DNA of 63,701 bases, counting the filler, from Salisapilia sapeloensis CBS 127946 (lineage: Eukaryota; Protista; Oomycota): the NCBI GenBank assembly GCA_023334545.1. It is 5 parts of 5 records of this genome, joined end to end, with 100 filler letters (N's around TTAATTAATTAA, not from the genome) between each part and the next. Parts side by side here need not be neighbours in the genome. Positions count along the whole stretch, not along the records: positions 1 to 25,483 come from JAADVB010000251.1; 4 more parts are not named here. One strand, written 5' to 3'. Below the pieces are notes generated by a model, which worked only from the letters and a program-made list of their open reading frames with translations, searched no databases and had not been told where the DNA came from. Position 1 is the stretch's first letter. Each line of letters opens with the position of its first letter. Below are positions 1-12,329 of the stretch, piece by piece. The position numbers and the translations under genes were made by a program.

Positions 1-335
1 ATATGAGGCGCTAGTAGCGCTGCACAAGGGTGAAAAGCCAGCCATACAGGACGAGATCAAGGGACCATATCAACCCCATCGATACATGGACGGAAGTCTT
101 CGCCTACAATGGGAAACTGGAGTAGGCTCCAGTACGAGAAACGGAGAACGTGCCATTCTCAAGCCACTCCTCTTTCTTTCTCGTCTTCATAACAAAGCCA
201 AGCATAAGGAAGTCGCTATTAATGGACCAGAGCGACGTACGTGCCGCTCAGCATTCAAACGTCTAGGTCATACCTTCATTGGAAGGAAAAAAGAATATCT
301 AAACTCACTGGAAAGTTAATCAAAATACGCATGAA
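1..335 (+). repeat. Inverted repeat copy A at the left end of contig 1
   Basis: Reverse complement of 25149-25483. Manual ungapped alignment gives 1 mismatch in the first 223 nt and about 15 more in 224-335. Both copies end at the same base (ATATGAGGCG...) at the contig ends. Confidence 0.97.
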
Positions 336-630
336 GTTGTTGCCGTCCTGGTAGATAAATGGTGTAATCCACTTTTAGCCGTTCGATAGCACCAAGGTTA
401 CCGGATCGCATACAAGAAACGTATATTGCCTGGATTTCCTCTTCTCCGGCGGGATAGTAAAACTGAGATAAAGTTATTAACGAAACGTCTGTTTTTGCTT
501 GTCATTCCATTTATCTGGGCATCCTATCATTTTCCTGTGCATATTCATTCGTCTTGATTTATAACTACCCGACGAGAAGCGAGGAGCATGTAGCTGACGC
601 TCTCTGTGCACAGTCCCTAAATCAAACGAA

Positions 631-2533
631 ATGGAAGAAGACAGGAGAGGCCTGTTACATGGTAACGGACCTGCTGACAATGCTTACGCTGGTTCAGCCG
701 TAGCAGAGCCCGTACGTGATGCTAGAGCCACCTTCGGACAATCGAATGGTATGGATGGCTTCGGGTCTGGTGCCAACTCCCCCTCGATGGCGCCTCGCCC
801 GACGGAGATGAAAATCATGGCTACCGAGTTCGACGCTTCCCTACCTCCGGAGGATGCTAGGACGTATAGAGGACGCTACAAGGTTCCTTTTTGACTCATC
901 ATTAATAACTGTTCACATTGATTAAATGGGTGACAACCTAATAGAGATGGCCGGGTGTCGTGGCGCTGCTTGCCATGTTCGCAGTCGCAGCAGCTCTTAT
1001 CACATACGGAGCAATAAGCACAAGTCAACAGTCCAGTAATCGAGCCAAACTGTTTGAACGAGCTCAAAAGGATGCTCGGGGCATCAAAGATGGCAAAACC
1101 AATGGCGAAGACCTCGTGGAAGACGATGGACAGATCGGGAATCCAAAGGAGTATGCTAATATGGGCTGCGAACAACCGAATTACTTGAGTAAGAACGGTA
1201 AGATCTACGCCCAAGCCGCGAATGGGACGGAAGTCGCGGTCAGTGTGAAAGGCGTGAACTGGTTCGGCATGGAAACCGGTATGAACGTCCCTCTCGGTCT
1301 GTGGGAGAACGCTATGAACGGAACGACAAGCTATGAGATTGCGTCCTTTCTCTCTCGTAACAAGTACAACAGCGTTCGTCTCCCAGTTTGTGTCGAAAGT
1401 CTCTTATCGGACAAAGGACCGGACAAAGGACTCGTGAACCTCCATTCGAACCGAGCTCTGAACATCACGACGTACATGTCGACTCTCCAAAGTATCATCG
1501 CGTCTTTGGCCTATCGACACATCACCGTCATGATCAGTGTCCACACGTTAACGACGAAAGAGTCGGGCGGAGCGTGGTACAGTGAAGAGCTTGGTGTGTC
1601 GGAAGAGCAATTCATGGATGCTATCGACCTCTTGACATCTAACCTGTGTTCTGAAAAGTACTGGAACGTCCTCGGTCTGGATCTTAAGAACGAGCCACAC
1701 GAATGTTCTTGGGGTGGCGACGCTCCAGACTGGCAGGAAGGAGCGACGAAGATCGGGAAACGGATGCTGAAAGGATGTGACAAGTGGTTGGCGTTTGTGG
1801 AAGGCATTAACGAGGCCCATAAAGCGGAGGTTAATGGTGTAGAGAACACTGTCTTTGACTGGTGGGGTGGTGGATTGGCAAAAGCTGGCAAGAATCCGAT
1901 CGACTTGGAGACGAAACACAAGCTCGTGTGGGCTCCTCACTACTACAACACTGCAGTCACACCTGCGTGGTACTTGTACGACGGTGGAGAAGGCGGACCT
2001 GACGCTACGTGGGTCGATTACGAAGAACTTGATGACGAAACGTTGACAAATAACGTCGAGGAGACGATGAAGATCATGTTCGGGTACTTGAATGAGGATA
2101 TTGGGGAGGACACGCCTGCGATGGTTTTGGGCGAATTCGCAGGTCTCTATGCTACGGACAAGCACGAGAAAAAGACGACGAAACGTACGACGGATGCGAC
2201 GATTAAAGTGATGATCAAGGACAAGTATGCCGGCGGGTACATGTGGTCTCTGAACCCAGAGAGTGCGTACCAGTTCAACCCTGCCTCTGAGTACGTATTT
2301 TACAGATTGGCCGTCTTGGTTGTTATCAGGATGGTGTTTATATAGATTTGGATGATGTTAAATTCGTGTGGACTACTTGTAGATACGGACACTTCACCGA
2401 AGGTCTTCTCCTAGACGACTGGCTTACACCCAATAGTGTGTTTGTGAAAGGCATGGAAGCCATGGACGAATTGGAAGGATTGAAGCCGTTTCCGTGCTTC
2501 CCAGTCAAGGTCGACTCAAGCGACGATGACTGA
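631..2533 (+). CDS. GH5 endo-beta-glucanase (oomycete cell5A-like), type II membrane-anchored, 3 exons
   Basis: Joins ORFs 631-894, 960-2345 and 2348-2533 via GT-AG introns 883-944 and 2291-2382. Motifs GVNWFGMET, LKNEP (acid/base Glu), WAPHYY, LGEFAG (nucleophile Glu), GLLLDDW. A hydrophobic helix follows RWPGVV. Confidence 0.9.
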
Positions 2534-4117
2534 TGAGTTTAGCGAGGTGGAAATATGCATTTTCGTACGCTACATATTCGGGCACTTCAGACGCTTGTTT
2601 CATCTTTCGAAATGAATGTGACAGTTCCGACTACTTCATTCAATTGCACTCTTCACTTTATCTATTTATAGATTTGTTAAAGGTGCACTTCGCCTCAGCA
2701 ACTGATCGTGTCCAAGCAGTACTTTGGTTTTGTAAGGAAGTCTGTGCGGCCAAAGTTCATTCGTACTCATGGACCATTTGTAGTTTAGTGGTAGTCATCT
2801 AGCTAGAATTGAAAGTGATAATGTTGCTGGACATGATTAATAACTTCAGGTTTTGATCAGCAAGACATCATTGGCATTGTGAAACACTTTGCTCAACAAG
2901 ATCTCGCAATACAAACAGGTAGATTTCTGCTAGGCATTTCATATTTTTTACTTGTACATCTACAGTAGCAACCCAAAACTCATTAATTCAAAATTAACTT
3001 GGAAAAGGTGAAATTATTTAATCTAAAACCAAGTTTGGATTAATAAAGCATGTAGCTTCCAGCTTGATGTCCTTTTATTAGTGGTACTCTATATGTGATG
3101 AGTAGATTCCTCGTGATATGAGGCGTAGTCTAGCGTCGACATTAAGCGGTGCTTGCTTGTCATAAAGACATAAACACAAGATCGATTTAAGTCAAATGGA
3201 ACCTTGATTCTAATTTATTTATTTATTGTAAATCGATAGGTATAGCTTGGATAGGTCCTACTGCCTTCTCTAAAGCTAAGCGATGTCGATAAAAGCCTAG
3301 TAGAAGAAAATATTCAGAATATCCCAAGGCGTGTATTTGAGCATATATAGTACGTAATGTAGATCAAGTCAAGCTACCAAAGCTCGTTGAGATAGGTCGC
3401 AATAATCTAGCAAAGTTCTAGTGGACACTTGCAGCTTAATGAACACATAACAACTCAAGAGCATAAGCATGTGATGAGAATTATCGACGTCATATGTCAG
3501 CACAGCAAGGTGTTGATCGGACGTAACAACCATGCATTTCAATCGAAATTGAATCGCACAATAGTGAAAATACGATAGACGCTGCTATACGGCACCGCGA
3601 TACACAAGTTCAAGCATGTGAACAATGCGTATGTATCTCTCCCAATTCTTGTTATACGTTGTCCAAGTGCTCCATGCAACTATCAAGCTTTCAGAATCTG
3701 CGCATTTCTATCTTATCAAAAACGTATCCAGCGAGATTCGATCTTCGTTCTTGCATACTATCCGCATATGTAATAGACTTACAAAGATTATGACAGTAGT
3801 GTGCAGCTTCATTCCTCGCGGTAATTTTAAGCAAGCTGAATTGAACTCATGCAACCTACCAATGGTATTACTGCTCCATCAAAGCCGGTGCCCACGTACA
3901 CCTCATAGAGGCTCATTCGCATCGGCTACACCACTCATATAACTGCACACTGGGTGCTTTTCGGTAGGGATCGGTGCAAGTGTTGAAGTCGAGTCCAATG
4001 CGCAAACCTGATAACCAGCTGGATTCCTGTCTCATTGAAGATGCTCAAGAAATGGATGGCTAGAAAGATATCCGTTGTAATCTACATACTCAAATCTTGA
4101 TTATCTGATTACACTGG

Positions 4118-5497
4118 ATGCGATCACCCAAAGCGCCGCGAAGGGATCAGTACAACATTGGAGGAATGGAGAGCACTGACCAAAAAGCCGTGGGTGTGGA
4201 TGCGGTACCGCAACAGGCTTCTAATCTCAGCCCTCGACGCCATGGCGCTATGAGTGCAAGGGCCGCTGTCGAGACAAAGAGGACGACAGACGATGACGAG
4301 GTTGTCAGTCGACGAGGTGTCGGAGAACCTCACCGCTCAAAATGCCTCGTGATCTACACTGGGGGTACATTTGGAATGGTCCCGAACCATGAAGGAGTGC
4401 TGCACCCGTCGAGTGGATTTTTGCAACAAAAAGTGTCCGAAATGGACGAGTTCCAATTCGCGGATATGCCTGAAATCACCGTGTCCGAGTGGAAGGACCC
4501 GATCGACTCCTCTGATATGTCCCCTGCCGATTGGGAAAAGATTGCTCAGGAGATTGAAGCAGCCTACTGGGAATACGACGGATTTGTCGTTTTACAAGGC
4601 ACCGATACCATGGCCTACACTGCAGCTGCATTGTCCTTCATGCTCGAGTACTTGGGCAAACCAGTGGTAATTTCCGGTGCCATGATCCCGCTTCATTTCC
4701 CACACAGTGATGCTCGAAGGAATCTGGTCATGTCTGTCATGTGTGCCTCTACGCTAGAAATTCCTGAGGTTTGTATCTACGCACATGACAAGCTACTTCG
4801 TGGTAACCGATCTACAAAGCTTGCGAACATGTCCGTGGACGCTTTCCAATCGCCCAATCTACCTCCGCTAGCATCCACTGGGGTGGAGACGACGGTGGAC
4901 CAATCTTTGATCTTACCGTATCCACGAAGACGCTTTAGCATCTTCACGGACATCTTCACCAACGTGTGCGTCTTCCATTTAGTACCAGGCTTTGACGATG
5001 AGTGCGTTGAAGCGTACATTCGTCTTCACAAGGAGCGGACGACTCCGTCCTCTTCTCCAAAGAGCAATGAGAAGAAAAAGAACCAGGCTTCTGAACGGCA
5101 GCATCGAAAGGCCATTGTGTTTTCTCTTTATGGCACGGGGAATGCACCATTGAAACAAGATGGCTTCTTACGTGTCGTAAAGCTAGCTCTGGAAGCGGAG
5201 ATTCCAGTGGCAATTACGTCGCAATGCGTGTATGGAAGGACACAACTGGACACGTATGCTACGGGCATTGAGTTGCTACGCATGGGAGTCATCACTTCAT
5301 TGGACATGACACTAGAAGCGACAGTGGCTAAATTGGCATACTTGATCGGCAAGGGCTTTTATGGAGAAGAATTGAAGAAGAAGATGGAGACGGACCTACG
5401 AGGCGAACTGTCCGTTGTCGATGCCATTATTGCTGGAGACGACTTGAACCGGAACAAACAATATCGAAAGATGGTCGTCAAAAACTTTGCTCACTAG
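4118..5497 (+). CDS. Type I (cytosolic, AnsA-like) L-asparaginase with an N-terminal extension
   Basis: Motifs IYTGGTFGM, GTDTMAY, KPVVISGA, LLRGNRSTK, YGTGNAP and the C-terminal DMTLEA..AKL. Intronless ORF. Confidence 0.9.
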   Translation: MRSPKAPRRDQYNIGGMESTDQKAVGVDAVPQQASNLSPRRHGAMSARAAVETKRTTDDDEVVSRRGVGEPHRSKCLVIYTGGTFGMVPNHEGVLHPSSGFLQQKVSEMDEFQFADMPEITVSEWKDPIDSSDMSPADWEKIAQEIEAAYWEYDGFVVLQGTDTMAYTAAALSFMLEYLGKPVVISGAMIPLHFPHSDARRNLVMSVMCASTLEIPEVCIYAHDKLLRGNRSTKLANMSVDAFQSPNLPPLASTGVETTVDQSLILPYPRRRFSIFTDIFTNVCVFHLVPGFDDECVEAYIRLHKERTTPSSSPKSNEKKKNQASERQHRKAIVFSLYGTGNAPLKQDGFLRVVKLALEAEIPVAITSQCVYGRTQLDTYATGIELLRMGVITSLDMTLEATVAKLAYLIGKGFYGEELKKKMETDLRGELSVVDAIIAGDDLNRNKQYRKMVVKNFAH

Positions 5498-5795
5498 ATA
5501 AAGTGCCATGATAGCTTTAAATACACAATTGTTCGAGCGTTCCAAGTTACTGTATTACTTTCATTCTATTAGCGGATACCATAAAGGATGCAATTCGAAA
5601 ATCTAACTTTCGGTGGTGAGACGGGCAGGAGTATCCAGTTTGAAAATACCAAGTGTCCGCATATCCATCGTATACTTTATCAAAGTGGATGCCATGACGA
5701 TCATCCAGTAGTTCACTTGCAACACACAGCGTATCCTTTACGTAACACCCACTATTCCTTCACGAGCTATCTCGTTCATTCGGTAAATAGCGTAG

Positions 5796-7604
5796 ATGGA
5801 TGCAAGAGCGACCGAACCGGCAATTCATGGTAGGCCATCAGGTTGGGCGAGGCCGTCGACGACGCTCCAGCCACACCAACAGAACAGATATACTGAGTCA
5901 GTCATTGGTACGATGTACAGCAGCAATGTGAATGAACCGTCTGGAGTCTCTGGAGACCATCCACAGATTAAAAAGCTCGCTGCGATGGAAGTTGTCGGAA
6001 CTGAAGCTTCAGGTGCATTTAGAAACCATAGGCGTCGCTGGCCTGGTGTTGTTGCCTTCGTCGTCATGATACTGACTGCGATTGCTCTAATATCATACGG
6101 CTCCGTCCAGACGTATCATTCCAAGTTAGAACGTGCCAAAATCTACCAAGAATACCTCAAAGGGGAGCGTACAATTAAAGATGGCCTCTCAGACGGTAGT
6201 GACCTCGTGTCGGACGATGGCCAGATCGGAAATCCAAAGTCCTATGACGTGAACAAAGAGTGTCACATGCCAAATTACCAAAGCAAGCAAGGAAAGATCT
6301 ATGCCGTTGCTCCAAATGGTACGGAAGTACCTATCCAAATCAAAGGTGTCAACTGGTTTGGCATGGAAACCGGTCTTGCCATTGTCTACGGTCTATGGGA
6401 AAACGCTATCAACGGTACTACAGCGTACGAAGTCGCGTCCTTCCTAGCTCGAAACAACTTTAATGCCGTCCGACTACCTATTTCTGTGGAGAATATTCGG
6501 GACGAGAATCCACCAAAGCCAGGCGTCATTAACACCGCGACAAATCGTGCGTTCGATATTCAAAACTTTACAAGTACACTTCAATCGGTAGTGAAGGCTC
6601 TCGCATATCGTGAAATCGGTGTACTCATTAGTATGCACACGTTGACGAACAAAGAGTCAGGTGGGAACTGGTACAGCGAAAAACTAGGCGTAACCAAGGC
6701 TGACTTTCTTGATGCCATCGGCGCCGTGACAAAGGCTTTATGTCACGATGACTATTGGAATGTCATGGGTATTGACTTAAAGAATGAGCCAGAGACAGCA
6801 ACGTGGGGAACAGGAGAAGAAGACGATTTTGTCATTGGAGCAGAGAAGATTGCAAAGAAAATGCTAGACGGGTGTCCGAAATGGCTCGGGTTTGTCGAAG
6901 GCATCGTAGGTGACTCGTACACCGTTGAGATCGAAGGACAAGAATTTAACTACTACAATTGGTGGGGTGGCGGGTTGCAGGGAGCAAGGACGGCAAAGCC
7001 CGACTTTGGCGTGGATCATAAGCTCGTCTGGGCACCACATTACTACACGACTGCTGTCTCTCCCCAAATGTACTTTTATGGAAATGGCACTAGCCCAGAC
7101 TATCATCCCTATGTGGAATTGGACGACGATATGCTGCTAGCTAGAGTAAATGGCACGATGACGAATATGTTTGGGTATCTGATAGACGATCCCACAGAGT
7201 ACGCTCTGTTACTGGGAGAGTTTGCTGGTCTGTACGTTGGTGACACTCATCCGAATAAGACGATTCAGCGTACGACGGAAATGACTATCAAGGTGATTAT
7301 GAAAGAAGGTTATGAAGGCGGATTTATGTGGAGTCTCAACCCCGAGTCCAGCTACCAGTACTCGGACGCAGCAACGTACGTATTGCGTCAATCTGTCTCA
7401 GCCACTACGTGTCGCTACATCTTATATATGCCGAAACTGACGATTTTTTATTGCATTTGCAGCAAAGGATCCTTTACGGAAGGTCTGCTAGAGGACGACT
7501 GGCTGACTACGAACCAAAAGTTCTTGGATGCCTTCGAACCGATGAATAAGCTGCCGCATCTATCGAAATTCCCATGCTTTGAAAAGAAAGGCGATGGCAA
7601 CTAG
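5796..7604 (+). CDS. GH5 endo-beta-glucanase paralog 2, type II membrane-anchored
   Basis: GVNWFGMET, LKNEP, WAPHYY, LGEFAG, GLLEDDW. The ORF reads through an in-frame 87-nt intron at 7376-7462 (GTACGT...TTGCAG). The true start may be a downstream Met. Confidence 0.9.
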   Translation: MDARATEPAIHGRPSGWARPSTTLQPHQQNRYTESVIGTMYSSNVNEPSGVSGDHPQIKKLAAMEVVGTEASGAFRNHRRRWPGVVAFVVMILTAIALISYGSVQTYHSKLERAKIYQEYLKGERTIKDGLSDGSDLVSDDGQIGNPKSYDVNKECHMPNYQSKQGKIYAVAPNGTEVPIQIKGVNWFGMETGLAIVYGLWENAINGTTAYEVASFLARNNFNAVRLPISVENIRDENPPKPGVINTATNRAFDIQNFTSTLQSVVKALAYREIGVLISMHTLTNKESGGNWYSEKLGVTKADFLDAIGAVTKALCHDDYWNVMGIDLKNEPETATWGTGEEDDFVIGAEKIAKKMLDGCPKWLGFVEGIVGDSYTVEIEGQEFNYYNWWGGGLQGARTAKPDFGVDHKLVWAPHYYTTAVSPQMYFYGNGTSPDYHPYVELDDDMLLARVNGTMTNMFGYLIDDPTEYALLLGEFAGLYVGDTHPNKTIQRTTEMTIKVIMKEGYEGGFMWSLNPESSYQYSDAATYVLRQSVSATTCRYILYMPKLTIFYCICSKGSFTEGLLEDDWLTTNQKFLDAFEPMNKLPHLSKFPCFEKKGDGN

Positions 7605-8064
7605 GCCTACACAAGAAGCTTTGTAGCTCTTGTACACATACATAAAAGATATGTCTACATTGTATTTTACATTCCTAGCTGTTGCATTCTTCCCTCTGCT
7701 GTTCCCAGCTCAACACATCCTTAGGTTTCCATAGCCATGCCAATATGCGAAAGACAATGCCATTCATACAGATAGGTACAACTAGTGAATATGTGGGTAA
7801 TAAAGTTTATATGCAAGCTTATGACTAGAAGACAAGTCCATGGTAGATGATGCCTGGAGTATGTCGGAAGTTTCAACATTCTCAGATAAGTCGATTCACA
7901 ATATTCGGGTGTATGTACGCCTCATAGTAAACGTAGTACTAAATTCCAAAGAAGGAGTGATTTTACTAAAATTAAGTATATTCTATGTAGATATTCTACC
8001 TACCAACTCCCAACAACACACGTAAGCTGGAGAGTAGCTTGGTCCTGTGTATCTCTGTACAATC

Positions 8065-10183
8065 ATGGACTTAAGCACACACTATTGGCATCGAGTCCTT
8101 CTTCTATGCATCGTAGTATTACTATCGCTACACATTGTCAACGCAGATGAAGAATCGCATGAAGTATATGTCCATTCCTTCCATCTCTATCCAATTGCCA
8201 TACTCATCACATCCTATGATAGTACAATGTCGGTGATGAAGTCGTGATCTGGGTGAACAAAGTCGGACCGTTTAACAACCCGCAGGAGACATACACGTAC
8301 AACACTCTTCCATTCTGTAAAGCACCAGGAGAAGAGGAACCGGAGACCCATGCTCTCGGCATTGGCGAGATCCTAGAAGGCAATGAGCTCGTACACTCGG
8401 GCATGAAAGTCAAGTTCGGAGTTGACACGCCCCACACCACGCTTTGCTCCCAAACGCTCACAGACGACGATGCTCTTACGCTCGGAGCTGCTGTATGCTC
8501 ATCTCCACATAATAATTGCGATGCAAAGCCTAACATGCTAATAGGTGGATGACCACTACTGGTACCAGCTTAACGTCGACAACTTACCTGTCTGGGGACT
8601 TGTCGGCAAAGTGATGAAGCCGACGGACGAATCTGAGCTACTGACGCAGGTATGTCCTTCTCATCTTCCATCGCTCCTATCGTCATCGTACTAAGACACG
8701 ACGATAGTATCCTGTCGGCACTCGGATGCTCTACACACACAAGAAATTCAGCATCTCGTACAACGGTCCGTACATTATCCATGTCAACCTGACGTACGCC
8801 AACGTCCTCACCTCCATCGCGTCCAACAAGCCCGTTGAATTCACATACGAAGTGACATGGACAAAAACAGACATTCCATTCAACCTACGCTTTGATCGCT
8901 ATCTAGAAGATGAGTACGTTGTTCTCTATGCTATATGCGTTATGTAGAACTCACGTGTATTTCGACATAGCTTCTTTGAGCACCAGATCCATTGGTTCTC
9001 GATCTTTAACTCGTTCATGATGGTCATCTTCTTATGCGGTCTCGTCGCCCTCATCCTCTTGAGAACACTTCGCAACGATTATGCGAAATTTACGGAAGAT
9101 GATGCCGATGACATGCTTTTAGATGGAGGTAAAGGTGCCCTCTTGCGTGATGACGCCAACTCTGGATGGAAACTGCTGCACGGCGACGTCTTTCGAGCGC
9201 CTCCTCACCTCTTACTCTTCACAGCACTACTGGGTACAGGCGCACAGCTTCTCGTCCTAGCTATTTGCGTCATGTTCGCTGCCATCGCGTCTTCCTTGTA
9301 TCGAGAACCCGGCGGTATCGTCTCCGTTGGGCTGACCGTCTACGCCTTCTCGGCACTCATGAACGGATATGCGTCTGGTGCCTTCTACCATCAGTTCTTC
9401 TACCCTCGCGTTAGCAAAGACTGGATCCGAGCCATGTGTCTAAGCTCTGCTCTTTTACCCACAGTTATCTTTGTCACGGTCTTCTTTATCAACGCACTGG
9501 CAGTGTACTACGGAACGACGTTTGCCATTCCTTTTGTCACGATCGTTCAAGTGATCCTAGTCTGGTTCTTTGTCTCGTGTCCTCTGTCGGTATTGGGAAC
9601 CATCTTAGGTCGTCATGGTGCTGCTAAAACTGGCTTCCCATGCCGCGTAAACAAGTTCCCGAGAGAAGTGCCTCAAGCGAGATGGTACTTGCGACCTCCT
9701 ATCATGATCGCCTTGACAGGCATCCTTCCCTTCGGCAGCATCTTTATCGAGATGTACTTCATCTTCGCCTCGTTCTGGAACTACAAGTTCTACTATGTCT
9801 ACGGCTTCATGCTTCTCGTCTTCCTCATCTTGTCTGTCGTGACGCTATGTGTTACGATCGTGTGCACCTACTTTTTACTCAACGCAGAGAACTATCGATG
9901 GCACTGGACGTCATTCTTTGCAGCAGGAAGCACAGCAGGATATGTCTTTCTCTATTCGATCTACTTTTACTTTTTCAAGACGCGCATGTCTGGATTCCTC
10001 CAAACGTGCTTCTACTTCGGATATATGTATTCTACGATTGATCTACTATGTCTAGATGGGAAACTAATACTTGGATATAGGGGTCTCTTCTGCTTTGCTT
10101 TCTTCATCATGTGCGGATCCATCGGATACTATGGTAGTAGTGCCTTTACTCGACGCATCTATCGGAACATCAAGTGCGAATAA
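8065..10183 (+). CDS. TM9SF3: Transmembrane 9 superfamily (EMP70/TM9SF3-like) protein, 6 exons
   Basis: Signal peptide, then VNKVGPFNNPQETYTYNTLPFC, VDNLPVWG, FFEHQIHWFSIFNSFMMVIFL, GWKLLHGDVFR, GILPFGSIFIEMYFI, ENYRWHW. Five short GT-AG introns, the last in-frame at 10027-10080. Confidence 0.9.
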
Positions 10184-10287
10184 ACAAGCAAGCTTTGCCT
10201 ATTCCTTCTATCGATCGACTCTCTTCTTTCAAAACTACTTGATCGCTCGTGATAACACACAAAAGATGGCAAATCAAATGTACATGA

Positions 10288-12329
10288 CTATTCTTGAAAG
10301 GAATTTATGATCTTGATAATCGATTGCCATCCGCCGAGGATCATGCCGCACGCGCCAACGGTTATCAAAGTGCAGTGGAAGACGATAGAGATAATGGATG
10401 GAGAGTGCTTATCCAGCGATACGTACAGCAGAGGTGGGATAACGATTGCCAACATACTAGACCCAATGGCTCCAAAGAGACTGATTAACAGACCAACGTC
10501 TGGGACACATACGGCAATTACCATCAACGACGTGCACAGCATGGAACGGAAGAGCGTCCGATTGCATTCGTACTTGGAGATCGTACACACGTGCTGTTCC
10601 ACACATGCAGGCATCGCCCCTTCTTCCTCCATCTTTTGCTGTTTCTGATGTGCATCCACGTCAACGACACCGGACGGCTCGTTGTCTTGATGCCTTCCTT
10701 GTACATCTACTCCAGCTTCTAGAGCTTCCGAGTGATGTTCACGACGTCTCCGGCGTTGAGAAGGTGGGGCAAAGGCTGACTTGTGAGCCATGGCACGCTC
10801 CAGCACTTCGATCGCAGGGTAGAATTGTGTCGGGAAGGAGAGTAAACAGGCAAATGCCATGAGCAGATTGGCGACAGTGACGAGCATACCATCGGCATAT
10901 TGGAAAAGGACTGCTGTGACGCTTCCATTGTCAATTACGCCAAAGGAGATCGTCGGAATAAGACCAATGCAGAGGTAGATGACGAGGATGAAGAGCATGA
11001 CACACCATAGGACGCGTGGAAAGAGCTCTGGATTCTTCATCTCGTTCTGGATAGGAAGGATGAGACCAATGCCTTCAAAGCTGTACACCGCCGTACCTGT
11101 AGAACATGAGAAGCATGTCGTGATAAATGATAGTACAAATAACATACCAAAAAAGCCTGGTAAGAGATCCCAATCGACTAGTGTTGGCTTTCGATGCGCC
11201 GTCTTGTCGTTTGCAGCAAAGTCAAAGGAACAGTAGAAGACGATGCCAATCGCAATCACAACCGACAAGTTCCCTATCGCCATGGTGACTACTAGTTCTT
11301 CTCTAAAGGTACTTTATAGGACGTACCGATGTTCGAAAATGGCGTGATCTTTGCTAGTGTACGGATCCAGGAGAGGACCAGTATGAAGGGGAAAATAAGA
11401 AAGATAATTTGCCGCTCCTGTAGCGCCTCGGACATTCTATCCAAAGTATTAGTTCAAAAGTATACACGAGACAATCAAGAAATGTAGTACGATTCCGGCA
11501 ACACGACGTGGATGTTTGTCGCGATGAATGTAAAGTAGACACAGCAGATACCCAATTGAGTACCGACGAGGAAGATGTCAATGAGCAGTTTGCCTTTCTT
11601 CCCTAAGACTGCTTTGCCGACGTCTCCGAACGACATCCGACCTTCCGGTTTCACCTTCCGCTTCACGTACAAGAGCAAATTCATGTTGTAGATCGACAGC
11701 AATGCCTATGTATACATCTAAGTACTAGTTTCCTATATCTACTACTACATAAAGTTTACGAGTGTCACGAACATGATCGAGGCACCAACGACGCCGGATT
11801 GGGAGAAGCCGTTCGGTAAGGACATGGCTCCCGGTCCGACATTCCCTTTCAGCAAGTGGATGACCGTGGCGGCAATCCCGATCTGTTTTGCCGTTTTTTT
11901 TCGTCTCGATCGTCTACCTCGACTGTTGGATCCTGTCGTCCTTGTCCTCGTGGATGATGAAGTAGATGACGCGCCGCTTTCGCTTGGAAGACTAACGGAA
12001 GATGTCGCGGTTCCATTCACTTTCTTATCGCCTTCTTTCAACTTTGAAGACTCCTTTGTACTAGACAGAGCGGAGCCATCGTGATCACCAACGGAGCTGG
12101 CATGCCGCTGCTGGTCGCTACCGTCCTCATCGCTCTCGACGAGCTCATGATGCTGATTCGCACGTCTCGCAGCAAGACGTTTCGCGTGCTTATCAAAGCT
12201 CGCGAGTGCCTGCTGCTGCGTTCGTATCGCACGGTCTTTAATGGATGATCCGGCATTGACATCGGTCTGGTCCTCCATACTGGACTGGGGGGTGGATCCA
12301 GTGCTATGGAGTAAGCCACTCGACTCCAT
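10288..12329 (-). CDS. Amino acid/auxin permease (AAAP, SLC36-like) transporter, multi-exon
   Basis: IHLLKGNVGPGAMSLPNGF, SFGDVG, TQLGICCVYF, AVYSFEGIGLILPI and SFPTQFYP spread over ORFs 11745-12341, 11475-11702 and 10288-11283. First ATG at 12329 (12341 is TTG). Exact exon boundaries are approximate. Confidence 0.85.

Noticed and set aside
3116-3140. ATATGAGGCG match to the first 10 nt of the terminal repeat
   Set aside because: A 10-nt exact match is within chance for this window, and the similarity does not extend convincingly.
3640-3800. Minus-strand fragment DSCMEHLDNV resembling Copia gag
   Set aside because: Too short and interrupted by stops to support without a search.
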